Part shown: positions 31,789 through 43,181 of the stretch, in pieces | Position numbering within the stretch: position 1 is the stretch's first letter | Layout: each line of letters opens with the position of its first letter | NCBI GenBank assembly: GCA_038321985.1 | Contig: JBBQFN010000007.1 | Span: 64,001 to 128,000 of the forward strand | Origin: Cyanophyceae cyanobacterium | GTDB lineage: Bacteria > Cyanobacteriota > Cyanobacteriia > Cyanobacteriales > Laspinemataceae | DNA length: 64,000 nucleotides | Reading direction: 5' to 3' | The notes under the pieces: generated by a model | The model's database searches: none | What the model was told of the DNA's origin: nothing | Seen by the model: the letters and a program-made list of their open reading frames with translations, nothing else | Made by a program: the position numbers and the translations under genes

Positions 31789-32961
31789 TTACCTCAACAA
31801 TCCTCCCCGAACTTTCCGTAACGATTCAATCGTGACGATCGCCTGTTGTGCCACTCTATCAATCTCCTCAATCGTATTAAATCGCCCGATACCAAATCGC
31901 ACGGAAGCAAATGCCAACTCCGGCGATCGCCCGATCGCCTCCAACACATGAGAAGGAGCAATTTTAGCCGCAGTACAAGCAGAACCTGAAGATACCGCCA
32001 TTACTGATTGCAATCCCAATAGTAATGCTTGACCATCGACTCCCCCTACACTTATATTTAGATTACCGGGCAATCGTTGGGTGGGATGACCATTGAGAAA
32101 TACCGATTCCAAGGATTGTAACTTCTCCCATAACCGCTGTCGTAATCTGGTCAGGCGATCGCCTTCTGAGTCCATTTCTGCCAATCCCAACTCTACCGCT
32201 TTGGCAAATCCCACAATCTGAGGGACATAAAGCGTCCCCGATCGCAATCCTCTTTCATGTCCTCCTCCATGAAGCTGGGGTGCAACTTTAACTCGGGGAT
32301 TGCGACGACGAATGTAGAGAGCACCAATGCCTTTAGGTCCATAAATTTTATGAGCAGTTAATGACATTAAATCCACATTCATTTCCTGTACATTTAGGGG
32401 GATTTTGCCAATTGCTTGTGCTGCATCCGTATGAAACAAAATCCCGTGTTCTTTACACCAAGATCCAATTTCCTGTAAGGGTTGTAAAACGCCTATTTCA
32501 TTATTAGCTGCCATTACCGACAGTAACACCGTATCGGGACGTAAGGCACTTTCTAAGTCCGTTAAATCTAACAATCCCTCAGAATTAACCGGAAGATAGG
32601 TTATTTCAAATCCCAAAGTTTCTAAATAGGCACAGGGGTCTAGAACGGCATTGTGTTCCGTTTGAACCGTAATGATATGCCGTCCTTTCTGAAAATAACT
32701 CTCAGCAACTCCTTTAATGGCTAAATTATTGGCTTCGGTTGCACCACTGGTAAAAATCAATTCTTCCGGGGTGCTATGAATAGCATTAGCAAGGGTCTCT
32801 CGTGCTTGTTGAATCGCGGCTTCGGCTTCCCATCCATATTGATGATTGATACTAGCAGGATTGCCGAAATATTCGGTAAAGTAAGGCAACATCGCCTGGA
32901 TTACCCGTTGATCTACCGGGGTAGTGGCATGACAGTCAAGATAAATCGGGCGATCGGACAT
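31789..32961 (-). CDS. iscS: Cysteine desulfurase, IscS/NifS type
   Basis: YLDCHATTP, FTSGATEANN, TAHKIYGPKG, SSGSACT. Confidence 0.92.
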   Translation of the reverse strand: MSDRPIYLDCHATTPVDQRVIQAMLPYFTEYFGNPASINHQYGWEAEAAIQQARETLANAIHSTPEELIFTSGATEANNLAIKGVAESYFQKGRHIITVQTEHNAVLDPCAYLETLGFEITYLPVNSEGLLDLTDLESALRPDTVLLSVMAANNEIGVLQPLQEIGSWCKEHGILFHTDAAQAIGKIPLNVQEMNVDLMSLTAHKIYGPKGIGALYIRRRNPRVKVAPQLHGGGHERGLRSGTLYVPQIVGFAKAVELGLAEMDSEGDRLTRLRQRLWEKLQSLESVFLNGHPTQRLPGNLNISVGGVDGQALLLGLQSVMAVSSGSACTAAKIAPSHVLEAIGRSPELAFASVRFGIGRFNTIEEIDRVAQQAIVTIESLRKVRGGLLR

Positions 32962-33094
32962 AAGCAATCTTGGGGGTAGGCTATTGTTTTAGCTTAACTT
33001 AAAAAAGTAAAGAAGCCAGATCGTACCCCGCCTTAATCCCATTTTAAAATTAATTTATACGCCATCTATTCCTATAAATGAGATAAAATTTATT

Positions 33095-34372
33095 TTAATC
33101 CGGTTGCTGAAATGCAAAGTTTTCAGTTTGGGTAAGAGGCTGATCATCATTTACTGAAGATTGGATACCCGTGGGTAATTCAATCTTAAATTCGGTTCCT
33201 TTTCCCGGATTAGAAATACATTCAATTGTCCCTTGATGTTGCTGTACAATAATTTGATAGGCGATGGATAATCCCAAGCCGGTTCCCGAACCTACGGCTT
33301 TTGTGGTAAAAAATGGGTCAAAAATTTGCGATTTGACCGCTTCAGGAATTCCAGGGCCATTATCGGCAATTCTGATAGAAACTGAGTTTTCGCTTAAACT
33401 TTCAGTTTGAATGGTTAAACAACCTGGAGTAGAGGCGGAGTGGAAAATGGAGCTTTCTAGGGCATCGATCGCATTATTGAGGATTTGTAAAAATGCCTGA
33501 TTGAGTTGAGCCGCGTAAGACTCAATTGAGGGTAATTTTCCATATTTTTTAATCACCTGAATCGTTTGATGAGTTTCATTAGATTGTAAGCGATGACCTA
33601 AGATTAATAACGTACTGTCCAGGGCTTCATTAACCTGAATACACTGCAATCCGGAGCGTTCAAAATGAGTAAATTCTTGGAGAGATAAGACAATTTTACG
33701 GATGCGATCGCTCCCATGCTGCATCGAACCAATGACTTTCGGTAAATCTTGAAGCAGGAAATTCAAATCAATAATTTCAAGTTTAGTTTGAATGACATTG
33801 CTAGGTTGCTTCAATTCTCGTTGATACAAATGAACTAGGTCGATCAAGTCTTGGGTATAGGTTTGTAAATGGCTGAGATTGCTATAAATAAAAGTGACAG
33901 GATTGTTGATTTCATGAGCAACTCCAGCGACAAGCTGGCCGATGCTTGACATTTTTTCACTTTGGATTAATTGGGACTGTGCACGTTGTAGATCTCTCAG
34001 GGTTGTACTCAGGCGTAAACCGGCACGAACCCGCGCCATCAGTTCATCGGTATCGATGGGTTTAGAAACAAAATCATCAGCCCCCGAGTCCAAGCCTATT
34101 ACGCGATCAGTTACCAGTTCTCGGGCAGTTAAGAGAATAAAAAAGGTACTGGATAAAGAGGGGTTAGCTTTGACATATTTGCAAACGGCTAATCCATCAA
34201 CTTGAGGCATCATCCAATCACAAATAATTAAATCCGGGCGGAGTCTTTCGGCCTGCTCGATACCCTCTTCACCATCGGAAGCGATCGCCACATCGTGACC
34301 TTCACTTTCAAGCAAGTCTTGGAGCACGATCTGAACGGTAATATCATCATCAATGGCTAAAATTTTACCCAT
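33095..34372 (-). CDS. Receiver-histidine kinase hybrid (REC-HisKA-HATPase)
   Basis: LAIDDD...ICDWMMP...[27 protein letters not shown]. Confidence 0.93.
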   Translation of the reverse strand: MGKILAIDDDITVQIVLQDLLESEGHDVAIASDGEEGIEQAERLRPDLIICDWMMPQVDGLAVCKYVKANPSLSSTFFILLTARELVTDRVIGLDSGADDFVSKPIDTDELMARVRAGLRLSTTLRDLQRAQSQLIQSEKMSSIGQLVAGVAHEINNPVTFIYSNLSHLQTYTQDLIDLVHLYQRELKQPSNVIQTKLEIIDLNFLLQDLPKVIGSMQHGSDRIRKIVLSLQEFTHFERSGLQCIQVNEALDSTLLILGHRLQSNETHQTIQVIKKYGKLPSIESYAAQLNQAFLQILNNAIDALESSIFHSASTPGCLTIQTESLSENSVSIRIADNGPGIPEAVKSQIFDPFFTTKAVGSGTGLGLSIAYQIIVQQHQGTIECISNPGKGTEFKIELPTGIQSSVNDDQPLTQTENFAFQQPD

Positions 34373-34676
34373 AATTTGATTATTATTAATATTTTTTGCG
34401 CCTAATTTTTTCCCTTCACCCAGGAAATGTAAAAATAGTAGAGCCTGATTTTTATTCTAATTTAAACGGGCAATCCCTAGGGCTTCGGTAGGTACGGCTT
34501 TGGAAATCCGAGTTAGGTTCCAAAATATCTACAATCAGCACCCCGGGGAATACCAAAAACCCGATTTTTTGTCCCCTTTATTTAATCCGTACCTTACCGC
34601 CTGAGTCAAATCCTGGAGATGTGACAAATGGCGGCAAACCCCCCTGAAGCAGACCCGGGGGGCTGATTCAGATGAT

Positions 34677-37600
34677 TCAAGATAACTCGGGTAAATGAGT
34701 GTCGATAAAGTCACAAACGCTCTGTAATTGCGCTTGTAAGCACGATAAAGCTGCGTCGGCTTCGGATAAGCGATTTTCCCGAGCCAAAGTGCCTAAGTGT
34801 TCAGCTTGGGCTGACATTGCTTGCGCTCCCACATTAGCACTCGCTCCTTTCAGGCGATGGGATACCCGGTCAACCTTAACACAATCATTAGCTTGAATGG
34901 CGGAGGCGATCGCCTCCGTATCGATAGTCGCAGTTTTGGCAAACGCTTCTAACAGTCGGCGCTGGAGTGCGGATTTACCGCGCGAGATTTGCGCCAAACG
35001 GTCTAGGTTGATGGGTTCTGCGGAGTCGGGTGCGATCGCCGGGGTCGGACTGGGAGGGTTCTCGGGAGTCGGAAACTCCGGTTGTCGGTGTTTGCTCAAC
35101 GAGCTTGAAGGATTAGAGAAGGCAATCCACTGTTCTAAAAGCCGACTCAAATGGTGTAAATCAACGGGTTTGCTGATGTAGTCATCCATACCTGCTGCTA
35201 GACACTTCTCCCGTTCCGCAGGCATAGCATGAGCGGTGAGAGCAATGACAATGGTTTTGTGAGGTGTGGAGTCGTCTTGGGGGGGATAATCGCGACTAGG
35301 AGACGGACCAAGGGACCCAGCGGCTTCCCGTTTACGGATTTCTTGGGTAGTTTCATACCCATCTAATCCGGGCATCTGACAGTCCATCAACACCAAATCG
35401 TACTGCTTTTGATCTAAGCGGGCGATCGCTTCGAGTCCATTGCTAACACATTCGCATTGATAGCCTAATGTCTCTAATTGTTGTACGATGACCTGTTGAT
35501 TGATGGGGTGGTCTTCTGCCACTAAAATATTTAGCCGAGAACGAACCTCCGGTTGAACAGGGGTAATGGTCTGTTGAGAGACAAAGCGATCGCCTCCAGT
35601 CCTCTGTTTACCAACGGCTTGCTCGCTCATCACAGACATCAGGGAATGAAACAGCCGGGATGATCGCACGGGTTTGACGAAATATTCTTGGACACAACTC
35701 AAACCCCGCTGTTGTGCAGATTGCACCAGTTGTTCGGCGCGATCGCGATATTGGAGTTTCGTCATCAAAAACAACTGGGTTTGTGCGGATACAGTGGATA
35801 GCTTTTTAATCAATTCCTCTAGGATCGCCGCTTCCGACTCTTGATAATCTTGATCATCCTCCCAGGTATCCCCCTCAATGCCTAGGAGCAAAAGTAGGTC
35901 AACGATCGCCACCTGATAGGGTTTTCCGGCGGCTGTCGAAACTTGTAGGCTCTCCCAAAAACTGCTAGAGTTTTCCACATCATCAATGTCCACTCCCCAA
36001 TCAGCCGCCATAAATCGTAACGATTGACGAGTTGTAGCACTCCCCTCCGCAACTAATACTTTAATTTTTGTTAATGCCTGGGGCCTTGCACAACGAGGAA
36101 TGGAACCCGATACCCGCGTCCCCTGTTTGAGAAACTTGAGTTCAAACCAAAAAGTTGAGCCGCTAACGGGGTTACTTTTCACCCCGATTTCTCCCCCCAT
36201 CAAGTCTACCAACTGTTTGCAAATTGCCAGTCCTAAACCAGTCCCCCCATATTCTCGCGTGGTCGAAGTATCGACTTGAGAAAAGGATTGAAAGAGTTTA
36301 TCCTGGCGATCGCGCGCAATTCCGACCCCCGTATCTTTGACCGTAAATCGCAGCCAAACCTCTTTCCCCATCTCCTTTGGGGACAAGGGTTTGACCGACT
36401 GATTCACCTGAACCACTACTTCCCCATTTTGGGTAAATTTAATCCCATTATTGACCAAATTTAACAAAATCTGACGCAAACGGGCTGAATCTCCCACCAA
36501 GTGTTGCGGCACATTGGGGTCAATCCAAGCTGCTAATTCTAAACCTTTGGCATGAGCTGGAGTCGCCAACAAATCCATCACTTCTTCAATACAGCTTGAC
36601 AGTTGAAAATCTAAAGATTCGAGATTCATTTCACCGGCTTCCAGCTTAGAAAAATCCAAAATATCATTAATCACCCGCAATAAATGTTCTCCACTGATCC
36701 GGATGGTTTCAGCGCAATCCCTTTGCTGAGAAGAAAGCTGGGTTTGTAACAATAACCCTGTCATTCCTAGCACCCCATTCATAGGAGTACGAATTTCATG
36801 GCTCATGTTGGCGAGAAATTGGGATTTGATTCGGGCTGCTTCTAGGGCAGCTTCGCGAGCTTCCACCAGTTCATTAATATTATCGGTGACAATGGCAATT
36901 CCTCCAACTTCCCCAGTGGGACTGTACCAGGGCTGCATTGCCCAGCGCTGATACAGTTTAGACCCATCGGCGCATTCCCAGCAATCTTCGCTAGAGGAGA
37001 TTGCTTCTCCTGCAAGAACCCGGGCAAACGGTTGGCCCCAGAGTTTGAACAGATCCGGCATTACTTCAAAAAAGTGACATCCGATCCAAGAAGGATTCTT
37101 GCTAGAACGAGCGCCGTCGTAATCGCCCAACCACTTCTGAGAATGGGCAATATACCGCAAATTGCGATCAAGCATTGCCATCTCAACGGGTGCTCGATTG
37201 ATGATTTCTCGCAGTTGGAGGCGTTCATTTTCTAGACCTTCTTGGTAGCGTTTGCAGTGAGTGATATCTTTGTGAGTGCCTAATACTCGCCGAATTTTTC
37301 CTTGGCGATCGCGCTCTATCACCTTTCCCCGGTCCTGAATCCACAGCCATTCGCCGGTTTTCAGGCGAATCCGGTATTCAATTTTAAAATTCGGAGTCTT
37401 TCCGTTGAGATGCACGTTCCAGGCGGCGATCGCACCGGGTAAATCCTCTGGATGAATTAACTTACGCCAGGATTGCACCGAATGTAGGGGTTCATCGGGC
37501 ATCCAGTCGGCGATTGCTATCCATTTTTTCCCGATTACCAAGTCCCCCGTCTCCAGATTCCAGTCCCATAAGTCCAGATTGCTGCCTTCGAGGGCTAATT

Positions 37601-39755
37601 GCAATCGTCGGTGACTTTCCTGAAGGCGCAGACACTTGCGGTTTTCACGATCGCATTGCCACTGGATTTGTCCGTCACCATCAGCGACGTTTATATCTAC
37701 AATGTTGCTATAGATACTAAAAACCCCGACGACCGCTCCAGTTTCATCGGTAATGGCATGAGCCTGCAAAAATGCTGTCGTGTCCGTTTGGTCTTTTTTT
37801 TGTAACCAAACTTCCCCCCGCCAACTATACCCTTGCCGGAGGCGGCGAAAAAATTCCCGATCCAGTTCGGGAGTACCATACAGTTGACAAATCCCCCCTA
37901 CCCCATTGATTTCATCCGGGCTATATCCAAAGTGTTCTTGAAAGGCGTTATTTTGATAGGTGAGAATTCCATTGAGATCCGTGATCACAATGGCATCCGG
38001 GGAGGCATTTATACCCCGTTCTAGGAGGGATACAGATGCCCTCGGCCACGGATGAAAGTTTAGCGAGGGTAGCGAAGGTATCCTGGGTTGCGTCGCCAGA
38101 CTGTAGCGCAACTGCTTTGAATATTTAAGATGCTTAAGAAATAATTGGGTTAAGGCTTGACGGTAGGGGGATTTGAGAGGTTGTTTGCGGATGTTTGACT
38201 GCCCTTGCCTGAGTTCGAGGGTTAATACAATCGAAGGCTGTAATTCCGTCGGTTCACTCCCGGAGGAATCCGGCGAGTTGGCCGGGGAAATCAGACTCGG
38301 CGGTGCCGTGACCTCAACCTGATCCGGTGCGATCGCGCTTTGTCCTTTCCAGATTAACATCACGACTTGATGATGGCGATCAAAGACGGGTTTGATAGAA
38401 AAATTAACAAACTTGCAACCGCCGGTGCACCCTTCGAGACGCAAGCGACTGCGGACCAATTCTCCTCCAGCAGCTTTGGCGATCGCCTCCTTTAATTGCT
38501 CCTGTGTAGCACTGAACACAGAACCCGCGTTGCTCCCGCCTGTATGCTCACAGGGAGTTGGGTTGGATTCATTCGTAGTCCACCAGCGAGTATTCCAAAA
38601 GGGCAAACCCACTTCCTCTTCCGTCTCAGAAGGAGAACTAAGCCTCTGCTGTTGAGTATGAATCTCCAAAAGGGTTCCCTCCGGTGCTAGCACCGCAGTC
38701 GCTTCCCAAGTTTCCGGGAGTAGGGATAAGGCACTAGGATAGAGGCGGTTAGCCTGAGATTGCCTTTGATAAGCTGCGATCGCCCGTCCTGCGATTTCCA
38801 AAGGAGCGATTTCCCCCAGACTTAAGCTATTTTCCGAGTGGTACTCAAACCCGAGCCATCCCAAACAGCACTCATCGGCGATCGCCGGGATGAGTAGAAT
38901 CGAGGCAATCCCGCGATTGACGAAAAAATCTCCCTCTGATTTCAGCAGTTCTTTCACAGAAATAGAAATGGGTTCTCCTGGGGATCTAGAGGCGATCGCC
39001 CCTAAGTCCGGTAGCGTCGGTACCGTACTTTCAAGGGGGAACTCCTCGCCATACCACTGCGATCGTAACCGACTTTTTCCCCCAGACTCTGCGGGTTCAG
39101 TTTCCCAGAAATAGCCACCGATCGCACCCGATACCTGAGCCAGTCGTTGTAGAATTTCTCCATAGAGTTGAGTTTCAGCCTCAGCATCTGGAGTTAATGC
39201 CCGGAGTAACAAATACTGGATTTCAACCACCGCCGTTAAGTAGTTATGAAAGCAGCCCGCATCATCAGTTTCAAACTGCGGGTCCCGATGATTACATCCC
39301 TGACAAACAGAACTGACAGAGGCCATTTCCCCAGTAATTCGAGGGGAAGTTTGGTCTGTGGACACCGATTTGCTGTGAGTCTTGGGGCGACTCGGACCAA
39401 TCAAACGGCCTTCCCACTGCCACGATTGCTGCCTCTCAACGGCGACCTTGATCGATTGCATTAATCGCTTCCAGTCCCGGGAATGCACGCGAGCATTCAC
39501 TTGCACCCTAACAGATTTAGAGCTTCCGGGATCAAAATTTCCCAGAGTTGTGCCAGGGATACCCCAATCTCCACCCTCTACCCTCGGATGACTGCTGAGA
39601 TCGTCTTGACTCCAAGCCAGATCAAGCACTTCCAGCACAATCGCTTGATTGCTACTCTGATCTGCCCTAACTTGACCAGACCCTATGGATTCCGGCGGAG
39701 TCAATTTGTCAGATCGTGAGGATGAAGGGGGATTCGGTTCTACGGGAATGACCAT
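34677..39755 (-). CDS. Large hybrid sensor kinase (GAF, several PAS, HisKA, HATPase, two REC, HPt)
   Basis: [31 protein letters not shown]...MDCQMP, HPt [12 protein letters not shown]. Start uncertain. Confidence 0.92.
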   Translation of the reverse strand: MVIPVEPNPPSSSRSDKLTPPESIGSGQVRADQSSNQAIVLEVLDLAWSQDDLSSHPRVEGGDWGIPGTTLGNFDPGSSKSVRVQVNARVHSRDWKRLMQSIKVAVERQQSWQWEGRLIGPSRPKTHSKSVSTDQTSPRITGEMASVSSVCQGCNHRDPQFETDDAGCFHNYLTAVVEIQYLLLRALTPDAEAETQLYGEILQRLAQVSGAIGGYFWETEPAESGGKSRLRSQWYGEEFPLESTVPTLPDLGAIASRSPGEPISISVKELLKSEGDFFVNRGIASILLIPAIADECCLGWLGFEYHSENSLSLGEIAPLEIAGRAIAAYQRQSQANRLYPSALSLLPETWEATAVLAPEGTLLEIHTQQQRLSSPSETEEEVGLPFWNTRWWTTNESNPTPCEHTGGSNAGSVFSATQEQLKEAIAKAAGGELVRSRLRLEGCTGGCKFVNFSIKPVFDRHHQVVMLIWKGQSAIAPDQVEVTAPPSLISPANSPDSSGSEPTELQPSIVLTLELRQGQSNIRKQPLKSPYRQALTQLFLKHLKYSKQLRYSLATQPRIPSLPSLNFHPWPRASVSLLERGINASPDAIVITDLNGILTYQNNAFQEHFGYSPDEINGVGGICQLYGTPELDREFFRRLRQGYSWRGEVWLQKKDQTDTTAFLQAHAITDETGAVVGVFSIYSNIVDINVADGDGQIQWQCDRENRKCLRLQESHRRLQLALEGSNLDLWDWNLETGDLVIGKKWIAIADWMPDEPLHSVQSWRKLIHPEDLPGAIAAWNVHLNGKTPNFKIEYRIRLKTGEWLWIQDRGKVIERDRQGKIRRVLGTHKDITHCKRYQEGLENERLQLREIINRAPVEMAMLDRNLRYIAHSQKWLGDYDGARSSKNPSWIGCHFFEVMPDLFKLWGQPFARVLAGEAISSSEDCWECADGSKLYQRWAMQPWYSPTGEVGGIAIVTDNINELVEAREAALEAARIKSQFLANMSHEIRTPMNGVLGMTGLLLQTQLSSQQRDCAETIRISGEHLLRVINDILDFSKLEAGEMNLESLDFQLSSCIEEVMDLLATPAHAKGLELAAWIDPNVPQHLVGDSARLRQILLNLVNNGIKFTQNGEVVVQVNQSVKPLSPKEMGKEVWLRFTVKDTGVGIARDRQDKLFQSFSQVDTSTTREYGGTGLGLAICKQLVDLMGGEIGVKSNPVSGSTFWFELKFLKQGTRVSGSIPRCARPQALTKIKVLVAEGSATTRQSLRFMAADWGVDIDDVENSSSFWESLQVSTAAGKPYQVAIVDLLLLLGIEGDTWEDDQDYQESEAAILEELIKKLSTVSAQTQLFLMTKLQYRDRAEQLVQSAQQRGLSCVQEYFVKPVRSSRLFHSLMSVMSEQAVGKQRTGGDRFVSQQTITPVQPEVRSRLNILVAEDHPINQQVIVQQLETLGYQCECVSNGLEAIARLDQKQYDLVLMDCQMPGLDGYETTQEIRKREAAGSLGPSPSRDYPPQDDSTPHKTIVIALTAHAMPAEREKCLAAGMDDYISKPVDLHHLSRLLEQWIAFSNPSSSLSKHRQPEFPTPENPPSPTPAIAPDSAEPINLDRLAQISRGKSALQRRLLEAFAKTATIDTEAIASAIQANDCVKVDRVSHRLKGASANVGAQAMSAQAEHLGTLARENRLSEADAALSCLQAQLQSVCDFIDTHLPELS

Positions 39756-41370
39756 TCAATTTACCTTTTTTAAAATTCGACTTTAAATTTGGGGGTCGAT
39801 AATTATAGGATTCAACCGTTTGAGATAGAAATTACTATTCTCTTGGCGATTTTAATCGGTTTTTTATTTTTTGTCTGAGAAAAATGTTGAGGCTTTTCCC
39901 CGCTGGGGTCTGGGCGAATGCTGGCTGCTTCTTCAGTCATCTGACGCCATCCTAGTCTCAATGTCACTCTTGCTCTAGTTTAATTCGAGACCCAGCACAG
40001 CGAAGGCAGTTAGGAGCGATCGCGTGAGCGTTCTTCCTATCAATCGGGTTAGGGTAGGGGCTTTTCTCAAGGGTGGTGCTCAGCTATTCAAAGGGTTGCT
40101 CTTATAAAATCGCAGTCTATTCTAATGCTCGATTGGATTTAGACAGGCTATATATTTGGCAATAGGTTCGCCGGGAAGTGGGAACGATGTATTTATTACC
40201 CCCATCCGACGGGTCATTGAGGGTTTTCCCTATATTCTCCGGCTGCCCGATCGCCATCCTGTATAAAGAGCAGCCCGGATCAGCCGTGGCGATTTCTGTC
40301 GCTTTTACAGGTTGCGCCCGTCCCCTGGGTGTGAGATGCCCCTGCCCTTTCCACTTCTGAAACAGTAGAGTGTACAGCTAAGACGAGTCTTTGTGATCGT
40401 CTGCGATCGCTGCTTCACCCCCGCCTAGGTTCCGATCTCAAACCCCGTTTTTAGGCGGCTCAACTATCATAAATATTGCGAAATATTACAGGAATCAGTC
40501 CTTATCCCACCCCGATTGTTTTTAAAGTCTCGGCAGGGGTTGCCAAAGTATTAAGAACCGACTAGGGGATGAAATCGCACGCCCTTCCTGCTTCGTTTAC
40601 CCAGTTCCCTCCGTGTTCGGGGTACCGATTGATTCATCGGACAATTCGTGACATCAAATCCTCGGGAATTGTACCCCGATGTTGTCCAGCTTTTTCTAGG
40701 ACGTAAAGGGTAGATATTCCTAGGGGAGTCGCCTCCGTTCCAGAAAATTTGGGGGGACCTACAGTACAAATACTAGAAAGGTTTGAACGGATTTGAACGG
40801 AGAAAGTTCGGGGTATTGATCGCCGTCTTATCCTTGTCCCGTGGTAGATTGAAGGCCGGGGCTATTGTGGTGTGATCGTACCAAAAAACTCCGGAAGTGG
40901 GGTTACTCTCAGGCGGGTTCAACGGCTATTCGATCGCTTTAACCCCGAATCAATAATCGAGACAATCTACCTCGGATTTTGGGGAGAAGGGGAAACGTTT
41001 TAGGCGGGCGATCGCCCCAAAGTTTTACGGAGTAAATGGACTCCATTTAAACCCAAATTGGTATAAATCAGGGTCAAGGACGGCCTGCACCGGGGGATTT
41101 CACGTCAGTTTATTGAACAGAACTTAAAGTTTTTGGCAAGAGGTACAGCCCTAGTTCCTCGGGCGATCAGGTCAGGGAATCGGTGGAGGATGGAGCGACT
41201 CTAGAGAATAAAGAACCCTTTGATTCTTTCCCTTTTACCTCCCACTCCTACAGGGGATTGATTTTAACAAAAGTCCCCATCGTTCCAGTTAACTCGTAGA
41301 AGTAAACTTAACGGATCAACCCGGTGATCGCCTCACGAGTGCGATCGACCTATCAAAAAAACAAAAGTTT

Positions 41371-41400
41371 TTGACGAAATCAACAGATTCCCTTTACAAT
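41371..41400 (+). promoter_or_regulatory. Sigma70-like promoter
   Basis: TTGACG, 18 nt, TACAAT, preceded by A/T tracts. Confidence 0.55.
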
Positions 41401-41824
41401 AACAAACAAGATTGCTACTGTAGAGCGGTCTCAATGCTACTGTAGTGACAACCGGCTTAAACGCGAACCTCTCAAGAGAGTAGCGCAGGTAGACGGTCTT
41501 GCAAAGGACAAGTTTGAAGCAGGGTTCAAAGACGCTTTGTAATCCGATTTTTCGCCCAAACGTCTCCAACGCTAGGGCGATGATGCAATTCATAGAATTG
41601 AACGGGTAAGTAGGAAACTGCTTTCTAGTCGGGTTATGTCGTGTTATAAAGGTTAAAAGAATGGCGATCGCTCTTGAGCGCGATCGGCCTTCTAAACCGG
41701 CGATCTGCTGCAACCTCTTTGCCACCTTTGATCAAACTCGTAAACGCGATCTGACTCCTCTAGTAATATTCATTGCTAAAGGTAGATGCGCTTCGATGTA
41801 TTTTCGATCTATAAATCCCAGATC

Positions 41825-41878
41825 AACCCTGTATGACGTCCCCAAGACGCTATAGGATGGGATAACCCTGTATGACGT
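41825..41878 (+). promoter_or_regulatory. Perfect 15-bp direct repeat pair; candidate operator
   Basis: AACCCTGTATGACGT at 41825-41839 and 41864-41878, flanking TAGGAT and ending 8 nt before ATG 41887. Confidence 0.6.
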
Positions 41879-41886
41879 TATAGAAA

Positions 41887-42852
41887 ATGCCAACAAAACC
41901 CGTTACCTTAAGACTACCTGAAGAACTCTTAGCGGCGATCGATGAGATTGTTGCTTCCGCCAGTACCAACCCAACCGAAAATACCAACCGAACCGAGGTC
42001 GTAGTTAAAGCTCTCCAACAAGTCTTTTTCGGAGAGGCAACTCAACCCACCCCTACGACAACTCCTGCAAGTCCTGCAAGTCCTGCAAGTCCTGCAAGTC
42101 CTGCAACCACTCCCGATACTGCCCTCCTAAACAGACTCGAAGACTTAGAGGTGAAAATCTCTAGTGTCATGGATCGCTTAGATTCCGATGTTCTATCCCG
42201 CCTAACCAAACGAGTCAGCGTCTTAGAAGAAGGGTTAAGTTCCTCCGAACCTGCTACTGCTGACGAAGCTCCTTCCGCCCCCAAAACCGGGACCCAACGC
42301 CAAAAAAGAGCGACTACGGTGAAGGAACCCAAGACAACCCGGGTATCCAAAGTAGCTGATGAGCCCAATGCATCTAAAGCAGCCGATGAACCCAAGGCAT
42401 CCAAAGAACCGGATGAACCCAAAGCATCTAAGGAGTCTAAAACTAAAACGGCAACCCGAGCCCCAAATGGACGGCGACGTCAGGCTAAAGCCGAAAAAAA
42501 GCTCCCAGCCGCAAAAGAAGCTCCTAAATCAAAAACAATTGCTTCTCCCCCGGCAGAGGAACCAACCCCAACCAAACAACGCAGAACTCGTGCTAAATCA
42601 ACCCCCGAGGTTGCTTCCGCTGCCCCAAAGAACAAGCGGGGGACGATAGAATGGCTCACCGTCAAAGAGGCATTTGAGCAACTTGGCGGCGATGCAAATG
42701 ACCCAGAATCGACTATTTCCAGCAATGATGACTCGCGATCTGTAAAATTAAACCGCTTCCGAGTGCTAAGTGCATCGGATTATCAAACCTTCGGTTTAGA
42801 ATTTCGGCCCGATCGCCGTCGTCGCCGCTTACCCTGTTTGCGGAAACTATAA
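41887..42852 (+). CDS. CopG-like ribbon-helix-helix protein with coiled coil and long basic low-complexity region
   Basis: KPVTLRLPEELLAAIDEIV...NRTEVVVKALQQVF (RHH pattern); LLNRLEDLEVKI...RVSVLEEG heptads; K/A/P/T-rich linker. Confidence 0.8.
   Translation: MPTKPVTLRLPEELLAAIDEIVASASTNPTENTNRTEVVVKALQQVFFGEATQPTPTTTPASPASPASPASPATTPDTALLNRLEDLEVKISSVMDRLDSDVLSRLTKRVSVLEEGLSSSEPATADEAPSAPKTGTQRQKRATTVKEPKTTRVSKVADEPNASKAADEPKASKEPDEPKASKESKTKTATRAPNGRRRQAKAEKKLPAAKEAPKSKTIASPPAEEPTPTKQRRTRAKSTPEVASAAPKNKRGTIEWLTVKEAFEQLGGDANDPESTISSNDDSRSVKLNRFRVLSASDYQTFGLEFRPDRRRRRLPCLRKL
42064..42106 (+). repeat. In-frame 9-bp tandem repeat (CCTGCAAGT)x4 plus a partial unit
   Basis: Encodes PASPASPASPASPA. 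Confidence 0.9.
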
Positions 42853-43129
42853 CTTAACACCACCAGCGATCGCCCAAAACAGCAGTATTTTCGCCTTAAT
42901 CTAACGGAGTGCGAGGCGAATTCAAATCAAGTCCTGCTGTTTTGGGTAAGGTCTTTCCCCATAATGCTATTCGAGGGCGCACTCAGTGTGCCTTCTTCTT
43001 AAAGATATAGGCACTACCGCCATCTTGTACCAAACCCCTGTTTTAAAAGCCTGATTTAGGGGTGGTTCTTTGTTTTTTTATCATTTAAAGCCGGAATTAG
43101 TTTTATATAATAACTGAAAAAAAGCCAAC

Positions 43130-43163
43130 AAAAAAAGCGCCCCCAATTGGGAGCGCTTTTTTT
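43130..43163 (-). terminator. psbA terminator (bidirectional form)
   Basis: AAAAAAAGCGCCCCCAATTGGGAGCGCTTTTTTT. Confidence 0.85.
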
Positions 43164-43181
43164 ATTCAACAATCAATCAAA

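Noticed and set aside
40178..41855. ORFs 40178-40360, 40551-40769, 41333-41725 and 41661-41855
   Set aside because: No recognisable domains or RBS; 41333-41725 runs antisense across the predicted promoter and repeats. Not excluded as micro-proteins, but unsupported.
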